A stretch of DNA of 64,000 nucleotides, taken from the NCBI GenBank assembly GCA_000708835.1, contig DF237012.1, positions 124,001 to 188,000 on the forward strand, read 5' to 3'. Origin of the DNA: Klebsormidium nitens. Taxonomy: Eukaryota; Plantae; Klebsormidiophyceae. Position numbers and translations under genes: made by a program. The notes under the pieces were generated by a model. The model saw only the letters and a program-made list of their open reading frames with translations. It did not search any database and was not told the origin of the DNA. Shown piece by piece: positions 11,265 to 22,900 of the stretch (position 1 is its first letter; every line of letters begins with the position of its first letter).

Positions 11265-14200
11265 ATGAGTAGCAGCACCAGTCTTCAGGGCCTTTGGTCT
11301 CGGCCCAGCAAGCGGGTCCCTGGCCTTGAAGCTGGCAAGGTGGGGATGGAGGAGACACCGCCTCCAGGCAAACCGCAACCCGATACTGAACCAGCGCTTA
11401 GAGAAGAGTTGAAGCAGACGAATGAGGGTTTCAAAGCAGATGAACCAGAGAAGGATGGGAAAGCAGATGTACAGATGAAAGATGCACAAGCAGATGTACC
11501 GGCGGCCACGGTTGTGAAAGAACAGGTTCAGGGGAAGAAGAGGAAGGGCAACCCAGGGCCCCAGACTGGAGCAAAGCGCAGCAAGCAAACATCAGTATGG
11601 GCCTATCCGACCACTCCTTCTGAGGAGGACACCTTGCTGCAAGCTGCTGTACAGGAACGCCTTCTTCTGCATGAGGATCTTAAGAACGAAGGAAAGCTGT
11701 CAGTTCCTGCACAGAGCGTTCCAGACTCCCGCAGATGCATCGCTGAGCAGATTGAGGAAAGCAGCTTGCCCTATTCTGCCCTTGCGCAGTCGGTGTTTGA
11801 CAGGCTCACTTTGGGGGGGCACAGCACTACTCCTGCTGCAGTCAGGAGTAGCATTCTGTCTCTGGCAGAAAGGGTGAATTACGGGGCGCAGAATGCAGAT
11901 GCAGATGTGTTGGAAGATGATGCGGAGGACAGCTGCTGGAAGTGGGAGGTGGGTGTAATCTCGCTGCAGCCCCTTGTGATAATTTTCATGGATGGTGTAC
12001 CGTTAGGACTTTCATCTGCTGTGACATGTCAAAAAGCTTAGCAAATGTGTTGAAGGTTGTGTGTCAGAAATTTTTCTCATAGTTGATGCTGCCGTCCTCC
12101 TCACTGATCAGGCCATCAGTCAACGTTCCCAGGGTGTGGTCTTTCTGACCATCTGGACTCAAGGACTCAATTTGGAGCCCCTTATCAAAAGGTAGACGCA
12201 CCAATCAGGACAATTGACGTGATACACCTCTTTGCTTCCAGAACTTTACAAGTATGGATTTTCTGATGTCAATGTATGTTATCCATGCTGATGTGGTTTC
12301 CTGTCATACTGGTACAGGTGAGGGACACGAAGCTTTTGCCTGAAGGGGTGCGAGAAGAGGCCTTGGACCGACGGAAATGCAGGCGGAAAATGTCGGAGAG
12401 ACTGGCATCTCTTGATGGTGAGTCACGAGATGCACCACTTTGGCAGCATGAGCTGCATCCAAGGGTTGATGTGACTACGCACGACAGCTAAGTCCCTTGA
12501 ACAGGGTCACCGTTATGTTATGCCCTAGTGAGGAAGAGCTTTCTCTGCACTCTGTTTACAATGTTGTACCCTCTGCTTCCAACTGCTTCTTGTTGTTTAA
12601 GGAGGCTCCATTTGCACAGGTTTGATCGCTGTTCTGAATGACGGGGCCTCGACGCCAGCCAACCGAAAAGCGGCGTTCAATACTGTAGCTGCGTTGTTGA
12701 AGAAGCAGGAGGATCGTGCAGCGATAACCAGGCTTGCAGAGGACCTAGCTCGAAAACGGGAGGCCAAACAGTAAGTTTTCTGAGACCAATCACTTTGCTG
12801 CATTCCGTAGGAGGGGTGCTAGCGATTCCTTGCAGCAGCTCCGGATCCTTAAGGATCGGCGAAGAGCCTAAAACGAGCAATCATTGTTTAGCCTTGAGCT
12901 TCTTAGAAAGTTTAGTGAATGCAGGAGAATGCTGTCATCAGAGGCTGGTCATTACGGTCTTGCTTGAGCACCAGTGGCTGAAGCTAACAGTCAGACTCGC
13001 GAAAATAAACCCTTGGCTTGACTCCTGCAGGCAAGCAAGGGATGTAAAGAATGCTGCAAAGGATGCAGAGCGCGCCGCAAAGATGCAAGAAAAGGAGCAC
13101 CAGAAGGTGGAAAAGGACACAGAGAAGGAGAAGCAGCGGGCAGAGAAAGAAGCTGAAAGGCTAAAGTCGAAGGAGGTCAGTTCTTGTCTATGACCAAGAT
13201 GTCTTTGGCAAATACATGCTACTGACAAAACCACTTATGAATGAGGCAAATATGAGTGCACTAGGTCTGTGGCGTCTCCTTGTATGTTGAGTCAACTAGC
13301 AGCCTGACTTGCAACACATCGAGTACAGCTGCCACGTTCATGTAAAGCTGCAGAGTACCCTAATCTTGATGGCCATGATCGCACGTGCAGGAAAAGGAGC
13401 GGGAACGGGCTGAGAAAGAGGCAGAGAAGGAGCGGCTAAGGGCTGAGAAAGAGGCACAGCGCCAGGTATGTGTCAATTTGTCAAGAAGTTGCGCTGACAT
13501 TGACGCAGACACCAAGAAGTCCTTCGAGGCTTTCAAATACTGCTGCATGTCAAGGTAGTTGTTCAGGTGATAGTACTTCTCTTGTTTAGTTGTTTAGCAA
13601 AGCTGTAAGGACTTCAGCATGCATCTGTGATATGTATAGCATATCCATCTTTTCCATTCTGGTTTTAGAATCTCGAGGCTGACCAATGGAAGGAAAGAGT
13701 TCTGCTTGTCAGCTCAAGTTCAAGAACGATGGGTTTGTGTCGGCTTAAGCCTGCCGTGCTCTTCACAGGAGAAGGAAGCGGCTCGCGAGAAAGAAGAAGC
13801 CGAGAAGGAGCGGCAGCGAGCGGAGCGGGAGGCCCTGGAGCAGAAGAAGAAGGCTCAAATGAAGAAGTCTGCCAGCTTCATGGACAGATTCGTCATCAAA
13901 AAGCGGCCCAGCGAAGTAAAGCCGGAGAAGAAGTTAGACCTAGGGCCTGGCCCCATTCCGAAAGCGGAGGGAGGAAATGAGCGGAGTGCTGAAAAAGTAG
14001 GGGAGTCTGAAACTGTGAAAGCGATGGACAAGGAGTTTGCGGAGAGCATGATTCGGTCACCAACCGAGTTGAAGAGGTGAGGCAAGCAACGAACCGAGCT
14101 AATATCGAGGAGCAGGAGGAGACACCTTTGCATGAAGTAGCCTTGATATCATTCGTAAGGCAATGACTATTTGCACTCCTCCACTAGGTTGTCGAATGTT

Positions 14201-17200
14201 CTGAATATCGTGCTAGTCTCATTCTGAGGCTGGAATTGCGCCCAGGTAATATTGGCACCTACTGTGGCAGGAATGGCGACAAACCTGCTCGATAATAAAA
14301 ACGAAAACGTTCTGTTCTGTTATGGGCTCTTCCGCGCACCGTTTTGTGCGTCCTTGTTGCCTCATGCCCCAATGCATAATCCACTGCACGAGTCAAGTGC
14401 ATGACACTAACGCTTTCAAAAAAATCATCCAACATGCACGGCTCGAACGTTCCTACCTTGTGCAGGTTATATGTCAAGTCGTTCCAGGAGGCGCGCCCCG
14501 CCCTCAAGCGCCAGCCCCGCTCATACTGGGGCCTCCGACGAACCCCCAAAAAAGCAGTCCAAAACGCGATCCGGCTGGCGGGTGATCCCTTCGCCGCCAT
14601 GCGGGAGCCGAGGTCTAAGACCCCTCCGCCCCCGTCAGCGAAGGGGAAGGAGAAGCCCGTGGTCGACGTCAGCGACGATGATGACGACATGGAGGAGGAG
14701 GGTGACGTCACCCCGAGCGAGGAGAGGCCGGGGAAGGAAACCGGGGAGAAGCGGAGGGGGCGGTACAAGCTGCTGCAGCTGGGGGAGATGGGCAAGACGT
14801 GCAACCGGCCGCCGTACTACGGCACGTGGTCAAGGAAGAGGTGCGGATTACTTCTTCCTGCCTTGTTGTAGTATTTAATATACCTCCACATTGAGCAGGG
14901 GTGAGCTCGGAAGAGCTGACACATGAACGCCAAATGCAAATGGTGGGTCGGGCAACGTTCTGACAGGTGGAAAATACGTAATGTCACACGGAAAGGCTGT
15001 TGCCTGACGTGCAGTGACATTCGCGGAAGCAATGCTCTTAGCACATCCTTGTACAGTCGCTGAAGCCAATTCTTTAGGGGCAGCGATCAAGGTCCTGGTT
15101 CAAGTTCGGCCATGCGAGGCATGTCACGTTTGCCTTCGTCTACACGTTCCTAAGCACCGGTCGCAAGAGTGTCTTTTTGCTTCTCAACAAACCAACCTGT
15201 CCATGCAGCAATGCTGTCTCCGCACGCCGTCCTCTCGCGCTGGACGCCGAGATGGATTACGAAGTAGACAGCGACGAGGAGTGGGAGGAGGTGAGCGGTC
15301 CTTGATTCTGCTTTCCATAGCTCTGACTACTTTCGATCAGCCCAGCATCATGTGAAGACCCCGCAGAATGAGTTTGTAGGCCTGTCTTGGAAGCATAAGA
15401 GGCTCCAGTCAAGCAGTGGAAGCCTAGGGGTTGAGGAGTCTCAATGAGGTTGCCCTCTCTAGTTAGCAAAAGAGTCTTTCGAGCCGTTGTGTTTGACGCT
15501 CCGTGTCAGCAAAACTTGCCCTCGTCCGTATTTCTCCAATTGACAAGCTTCCAGAGGCAAGCGAAAGTACGGATGGCAATCAGCCGGTGAAAACATCGCC
15601 AGGGGGGCCTCGATCAGCGGTTTCCAGAACCTGCTGCGGAGATAGTTCCATCGATTAAGGACAGCTGGACCGACATGACCAGTTTTGAAAAAATTACCGT
15701 TCAAAGCGTCAGAGGGCGCGCACGTCCTTATCGGATCTCTTGGTGCCGAAACCCTCTTTGAGTTGCAAAACTTTCACCGTGACAATTTTGAAGCCGTTAG
15801 GCAATTCAGTATGACGCCGTCAGAACCGGACGCCCAATTCTGACAGTCGCACTGCGTTCTTTCTTGCAGGAGGATCCGGGCGAGAGCTTGTCGTCCAGCG
15901 ACAAGGAAGACAACGAGGAAGAGGACAAGCAAGGGTATGGGAGCGAGGACGAGGAAGACGGGTTCGTGGTGCCGAGTGGGTACCTGTCGCAAGACGAGGT
16001 GCGTTTAGGATTCTAGGAATATAAGGCTCTTCAACTCTTCGTAGTCTTTGGGGCTTGGGGCTTTCCAAAACTGCATCCAAGGGACATTCGTATTCCCGAA
16101 AGGTTTCTCCATCAACTGAACAGCGGACCGTGCTCGTTCAGGTCGTGAGACAGCTCCAAAGAGGGAAGACGGGCACTTACAGAAGCAGAAAGCCCCCGTG
16201 CTTGATGACCGACGTGATTGAAGTCTTCTCTGCTCATGGATTGTTCTTGATGGCCTGGGAATTTCTGGGCCATCAAGGAATGTGCGGAAGACAGATTGCT
16301 CTCAAGTGACGACAAGCAGCCACATCGTACTTCTGCGGTCCGACCGTTATATCGGGGAAAGTTTTGTTGCATTGGTTCGCCAATGTGCTCATCCTCCTTC
16401 TTAATTCAACCTGCGGCTGCTAACATTCAAAATTCCATTCTCCTCATCCGCAGGGCATCGACCTGGACAGCCCACCAACGGCTGCCCCCACCGCCGACGC
16501 GTCGCCAATCGTCGACGAACACGTGGCGACCCTCCAGAAGCTCCAGCGCAAGCTGGAGAAGGCGACCAGGGTCGCCCTCCGCACCAGCAAGCCGCTCATC
16601 GTCTCCGCCCTGCTGCCGCCCGTTTCCGGCGACCATTTCCTGGGCGATGGGGGCGTTCCGGTCGCCGGAAACGGACGTTTCATCTACGAAGGCAACCAGG
16701 CGTTTCTACAGGCGATGACGATCCAGGTTCTGCGGTCTGACGTGTGCATTGAGGTCCCCGCTGCGACGCCGACGGGATTGGAGGAAGAACCGGTCGTTAG
16801 GGTGCCCGGGGGAGAGGAAAAGAAGGGCGTGGGCCGGCCCCGGATGGTGCTGCCGGAGGAGAAAGTACCTGAGCTGGTGAGTGATGCAGTATACTTTAAA
16901 CAATGTCGACGAGTCCCATTTCAATCTCGTGGTATGCACAGTCGAGCCTCCAGGGACCTCCTCTATGACTCGCTTTTGAAGGGCTGTTCGTCGTGGTCAG
17001 GCGCGCAGGAAATCGCTTCGGTGCCGTTCCGGGCAAGCCTGTGAAATGAGCAGTTAACCTTGTACCGACCATCAGTATAGTGGCTGGCGGAAGCGCCCCT
17101 TTGCGCACTCTCAGGAATCAAGATCCATCCCAAGCCAATGTTTCCAGCGCTCACTTTGCGATTCTTTTCGGTGTGGGCTTAAGCCAGTCCAGTACGATTC

Positions 17201-18930
17201 CGGGTTGCAAAGCCTAAAACCCTAAAACCCTAAAACCCTAAACGTGGCCCGCGCAGATCGAGTTCCTGTTGGGGTCGACCCACGGGATGGCCCGGAACGT
17301 CGACGAGCTTTCGGCTAAGTTCCCGGGCGTCTCCAAGAAGCACCTGGAGCAGCGAATCCGGGAGATCGCGGAGTACGAAGGCGGGCGATGGCAGGTGCGA
17401 CATTTTTCTACCGCTCTTATGTTTTGTCGTTTTCTTCCAAGACGAAAAGCATGTTCGAAAGCGTGTTGATCTTCGTCCACCGTCCCAAGGAGGCGGTGAC
17501 GGCTACAGTGGATTCGCTCCGCTTCAACGTGGTTCACCAGTCCCCAGACGCCACCTGATGAGCCGCGCAAGGCCTGATTCTTCACAGTGAGGAAACAAAC
17601 GATTTTCAAACCTTCTAGCTAGCACGTGCGCTTGTAGCTGGGGCGTGTAAATCTGGCACATGCATCAGGGACAGAACAGGCGAGAGGATGGTGGCTTCGC
17701 GTGGCGGTGAAGGAGTGTCGGTTGGTTGCAGATTCGGTTTCCGTGGGGTCTGGTTGTGTAACCCTACGAACTCTGGCGAGCCAAGCCTACTGCTTGGTTC
17801 GGACAAAGAGCAATCTCGGTAGGCAGGAAACGACATGCGATATGCTCGGAAGTCTGGTCGTGCAATGCCTCGAGAAGTGCAGGCCTCTTCAACAAGATGG
17901 GTAGCAGGAAGGCAAGGAAAAAGGCTTCTAATGGGTTCCCTCGGAAGTTTGGGTCCATGTTCGTCCATGTTCGTCAAGATTCTCCTCTTGAGATTGTAAA
18001 TTATTTCTCCACGGCAGCTACTTTGAAAATCGAAACAAAGCAGACTACTCGTTCGTTTAGATGGTTTCCAAGTCGGTTGTTTCATCCAGGTCTCTGACTT
18101 TTGCAGGTGAAAGCCGTCGTGTTGGCGAAATACAGCATTGGTCTTCCGCAGACGACGCCTGCTGCTACAGCAGCGCCCCCTCCTGGTAAGTACGTACGAT
18201 GGAGACGCTTCGCTCAATCTGCTGGTAAAACAAGACAGGGTGGGGAGGTACAGCATGCTTCGGATCGAAAAACGCAGGACGGATGTATCTGGACGTTTAC
18301 GGTAACGCCGCTCACTGTTGCATCGGCCTACGCTCTTAGCCCTGTCTTTACTGACCTGAGTTAGCTGGACTGTGCACAATAGGGCCGGGTGCTTTGCTTT
18401 GAAATTATGTTGCTTGAGACCTCAGCTTCCACTTTGCCTCCGCACTTTGTTCGAGGAGCAGATGAGAGCAGGATGATCGCAAGTACAGTACCATGGCGAT
18501 CTTCATCGAGACCTGCTTGACTAAGTACTGAAGCCGTCAGCGGCCTAGTTCCTCTTGTCCAGGTAGAGCGTTTTAACCTCAGGCATTAGCTTTCACCCCC
18601 TGTCTAATACACTCGGCAATCTCAATCCTCTGCAATCGGCCCTTAATCTGCTCTGGCACGTTTCTCAAAAGTCCTTTCTCACCGGTTTCCTCTCACTGTT
18701 TCTTGGCAGGACAAGAGGAGACGCCGAAGTCTCGCCCGACTCCCCGAGTGCAGCCAGTGCCCATCACGAAGTTCTTCACCAAGGTCTCGAGCGGCTCCCA
18801 AAACAGCAAAGGGAGCCAGGACAACAGTAAAGGCGGGCAGAGCGAGAAGTCGCCCATGGCAATCGACAGGGAGCAGAAGGGTTCGCAAGAAGCGAAGAGT
18901 GTGATGCAGGCTGGGGTTGGCCCTGAATGA
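11265..18930 (+). CDS. FAS1: Chromatin assembly factor 1 large subunit (p150/FAS1), about 13 exons; start codon uncertain (11265 or 11346 region)
   Basis: The exons encode a KER-rich coiled coil (EKEKQRAEKEAERLK...), the PIP-like SASFMDRFV, RPPYYGTWSRK, LDYEVDSDEEWEE, an acidic ED region with DGFVVPSGYLSQDE, and a C-terminal WHD-like segment (FPGVSKKHLEQRIREIAEYEGGRWQV). Confidence 0.92.
17213..17243 (+). repeat. Interstitial telomere-type repeat (CCCTAAAA)x~3.5, equal to TTTTAGGG on the - strand
   Basis: The sequence CCTAAAACCCTAAAACCCTAAAACCCTAAAC ends ~11 nt upstream of the acceptor AG of a FAS1 intron. Confidence 0.8.
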
Positions 18931-19967
18931 AGAGACAAGAGCTAGATAATCATGGGCAGAATTCTGAATTGACTGTGTACTCGATGTGCGTTGATTGCAG
19001 ATCTCGGCGAATGCAGCTCTAAAACACGCAGCTTAATGGCAACATGTCTTCTGCCGGATGCTATACCCTTCGGCTTTATTGAGCACGACTTGCGGACTCG
19101 ATCTGTGGAATCACATTTTGAGTTGCATTGCTACATGCATGGCACCCTTGACTCCATAAAAGCGCAGAAAGATCGTCAACTTCAGACTGCTTGCTGCCCG
19201 CGCACAGAGTGACACCCTTGGAATGTTTTCTACTCAGGAATGCTGCAGCTCATACATGACGGTGGCTCTGACAGCCATACAGCTTGTCCAGCTAGCTCGC
19301 CCAGCCTGAGGCGGCCTCGGAGCAAAAGCTAGCAGCGTATAAGGTGCCGGAACATACTAAAACCTTCCGCAGTACGATGAAGTGAATTCCGCAACGATGC
19401 GCGGCATGCACTGATCCTATATTTCGGATTAACCCCGCGGAACAAATCTGCACTTGGTAGCCATGTATAGAACTCTCTATAGTCCGACGACTCCAGCCTA
19501 GCTAGGTTCAAAATTGAATCATTCAAATCAGGTCCAACGATCTAGAAATAAGTAGATCGTCAATCCGCGATCCGCGGCGCAATATCGCATGATCGACACA
19601 TACCCATCACTAACCTGAGTCCGATCGCGCCTGTCTACAGCTTGTAATCCAAAGTTGCCAGATCAATCATGACCCATCTCTAGGCACGGCATTAGTACAT
19701 GCATCATTGCAGTAATGATATCCGCAAGGAAGACGTTCCACCTGTACGAGAGCGCAGGACACTTCAAGGATGCCGCAACAAACTACAGCGCCCTTGAATA
19801 ATCAAGGATGGTGACAATGTTAACGTCTACCGAGTCCAGGCTTCCCCTTCTCATCCAAAAACACCGCGACTTTCTTAAAACTTCCTCAACCTGCAACTTC
19901 CGAATCTTTATCCGGTTGATCGTATCTTCAGGTTTTCCCGTTTCAGATCGTCTACAAGCAAGGCCCG

Positions 19968-22900
19968 CTAGCTATCTGGCGCTGATGCAGCTTCTACCCC
20001 TTTTGATGCCGCCGCTTTCGCGTCACCGTTGGCTCCGTCCTGCGCCGCTGCTGCGGGCGCCTTTGGTGCTGCGGCGCTCTTCTGCTCCTTTGACTTGGGC
20101 GGGGTGTCGGGCTTGGTGACCTTTGGGCTTGCCTGAGGAGAGCAAAGCAACTTCTGCATCAAATGATGGTCTAGTATCCGCATCAACATCTGAGCGATGG
20201 ATGCCAAGTGCGAGGGACAGAAGCAGCGCCAACTGTTTGGATGAACGAACTTCCAGGTCTGGCGCTTTGGTAAGGTGCAGGACAAAAGTTGCACGGCAAA
20301 AGTCGCTAGCTTGTCTAGGGAACCACAGAAGCCGCCTCAACTTCCCAAATAATGACCACCTTTCCCGTTGCACCCAACGGAAGGTCCTTCTGGGACTCAC
20401 ACCACACTCCACCTTTGTTAAAGCAGATAGGGACACGAGAGAACACAAAGCAGGGGAGAAACTGAACATTACCCCCAACAAACCCCCCGGATCGGTACAA
20501 CAGCCTAACCTTCTGCTTCAACCCCCCCCCATTCTGGGCTCTGAGGTCTTATGTATCCATCCTTCTTCTTGTTCCATATCGCTGAGGCCTCACCTTCTGC
20601 TTGCCCCTTCTCCTTCCCCACCTCCTTCGTCTTTACGAACGGGATGAACTCCACCCCCACCACGAAACGAAAATTAAATCCATTATGTTTCTTGCAAACC
20701 GCAAAATAACGCAGAAAAGTTTTAGACTACATTGCTCCAGCCATACCTTCTGCTCGCCCTTCTCCTTCTCCGGCTGCTTTGCGTGGACGAACGAACCAAA
20801 GTCCAGAGATCTCAGCTGAAAATTAAGACATGACAAAGTACGAAAACTGGAGAGCGAGGCACAGCTAATACCTTCTGCTTGCCCTTCTCCTTCTCGGGCT
20901 CCTTTGTCATGCCGAACGGGATGAAGTACAGCCCAACCAGTTTCAAGAAGTTCAACTTCAAACGTCCCCACAAACCGCAAAATAACGCAAAAAACTGTAG
21001 AGCACATTGCTCCAGCCTCACCTTCTGCTTGCCCTTCTCCTTTTCCGGCTCCTTCTTCTTGACGAACGGAATGAAGTCCAGCCCCACCAGCGGTTGCAGG
21101 CACGCGGGGACCTTGACGCCGTCCGGTGTCTGGTGCGTCTCCAGCAAACAGCACAGTGTGCGTTCCGTCGCGGTCAGCGTCGAGTTGAGCAGGTGCGTGT
21201 ACTGCTTCTGTGGGTCGTTCATCTGCAGACACAAGAATCATAGGAATTTGAGAGTGCGTTTCCGAAAAGATGGAGCCGATTATCCAGCAGAGAGTACGGC
21301 CGGCGGTCTGTTACAGTCAGCGTCGAGTTGAGCAGGTGCGCGTACTGCCTCTGTAGTGTCGTCAATGTGCAGAAACAGAGATTCAGAGGATTAGAAGTTA
21401 CAAACGTCTGGCAAATGAAGACCTTGTTTCTCAGCAACAAGCACAGCGGAGCGCCCTGTTGTGGCCAGTGTTGGGTTTGAGTGGGCGCATACACCACATT
21501 TGGGAAAGCTCGTAGAAGGGGCGTTAGGGAGCCTTGCCTTTCTGGGGGTTTTGCAAAGTCAGAAAGTGAAGTATTTCAAGTTCGTGTAACAACGTGACTG
21601 TACAACCTTGCTTACATGAGCGGTTCCTCTTACAAAGGATGTCCGGCAAGCAGACTCGAGAACATGTGGACAAAACACGTCACACCCAACGTCTCTGACT
21701 TGGGCCAGCACAGCGAGCAGTAGCTTGAAGAAAGACAAACCCGCGCCTTTTAACCAATCACCTTCTTTACTTCGGACTCGTCAATCAAAGTTCTCCTTCC
21801 ACAGCAGGTTCTTTTACACCGCACTGCTCCAAGTTGACTTTCTTCAATTCGGTCAAGCGGAACCTCGCCCTCACTTTGTGCGCACTTGCCGGGCCCCTCT
21901 AGCGACTACAGGGCCAGACACGCAAACGTGGTACTCAAAGTATTGATCATGGATCCCTGCAAACGGCCTGGGGCTTGTTCTCTTCTAAAACTAACACGTA
22001 ACATTGCGGTACTGGGTCGGTATGCCATCGAGACATTTGTAAACACCATAGAAACGCTCCCTGTCTGTGCAAACGCCTACTCAATCTGAAGGTGTTTCTG
22101 GCGTCAAAACGTTACCGAGGAACCAGCGACTGAAATCTCTGTGTTATGGTGTATTCAAACAGAGGGCCGACCGATGTCCAGCCTGTCGATCTCCGCGTCT
22201 TTTTCAAAGAGTCTCAACTTTGAAATAGTCACTGGGCACAAAACGCTGCTCATTATCTGCAACGGAGCAACTCAGAGTTGCAGTCTTGAGGTAAACGATT
22301 CTCAGGGTTCCCTCACCTTCTTGATCCCATATCGCGTTTCAAGCCTCCGTGACTGGTAGTCCGTGCAGTTTGAGCATGACACGAGTTCCCGGTACGCTTT
22401 GGACGCCGGGAACCACGCCTCCAGGTCGTATTTCTTCGCCGCAGCGTCGTTCAGCGCCCCTGACACGATCGCAACGACCCGGTACGGCAGCTCCAGGGCC
22501 TGCATATCACATAAAACGCTTGTCAGACGCGGTTAAAGCGCTGCTTACGCTTCAGCTTCTAGGAGTGACTGGTTCTGCAACCAGCATGCTTTGCCTTTGC
22601 GGAATCGAGCCCGTCTGCATATTAGATCGTTCCAGGATGCACACAGTTGAACCTCTCGTAGGATTCCAGAATCCCGACAAAACATCTGATGGGCCACTTC
22701 GCGAAAAGGTGCTCGTTTGCATTGATTTGTAGGGGTATTGAAGACTTGAGGTGTGGCTTTTTGAAGGGCTCAGGGAACCTGCACAGACTACGAGCCAGGC
22801 GCGCTGACTCAACATTCCTGACAACTCACCTGGACGGGCTGTGGAAAGCAACGAAAGACGGAGCTACTCTGGACCAGGGCCCGCAGATTGACGTAGAAGC

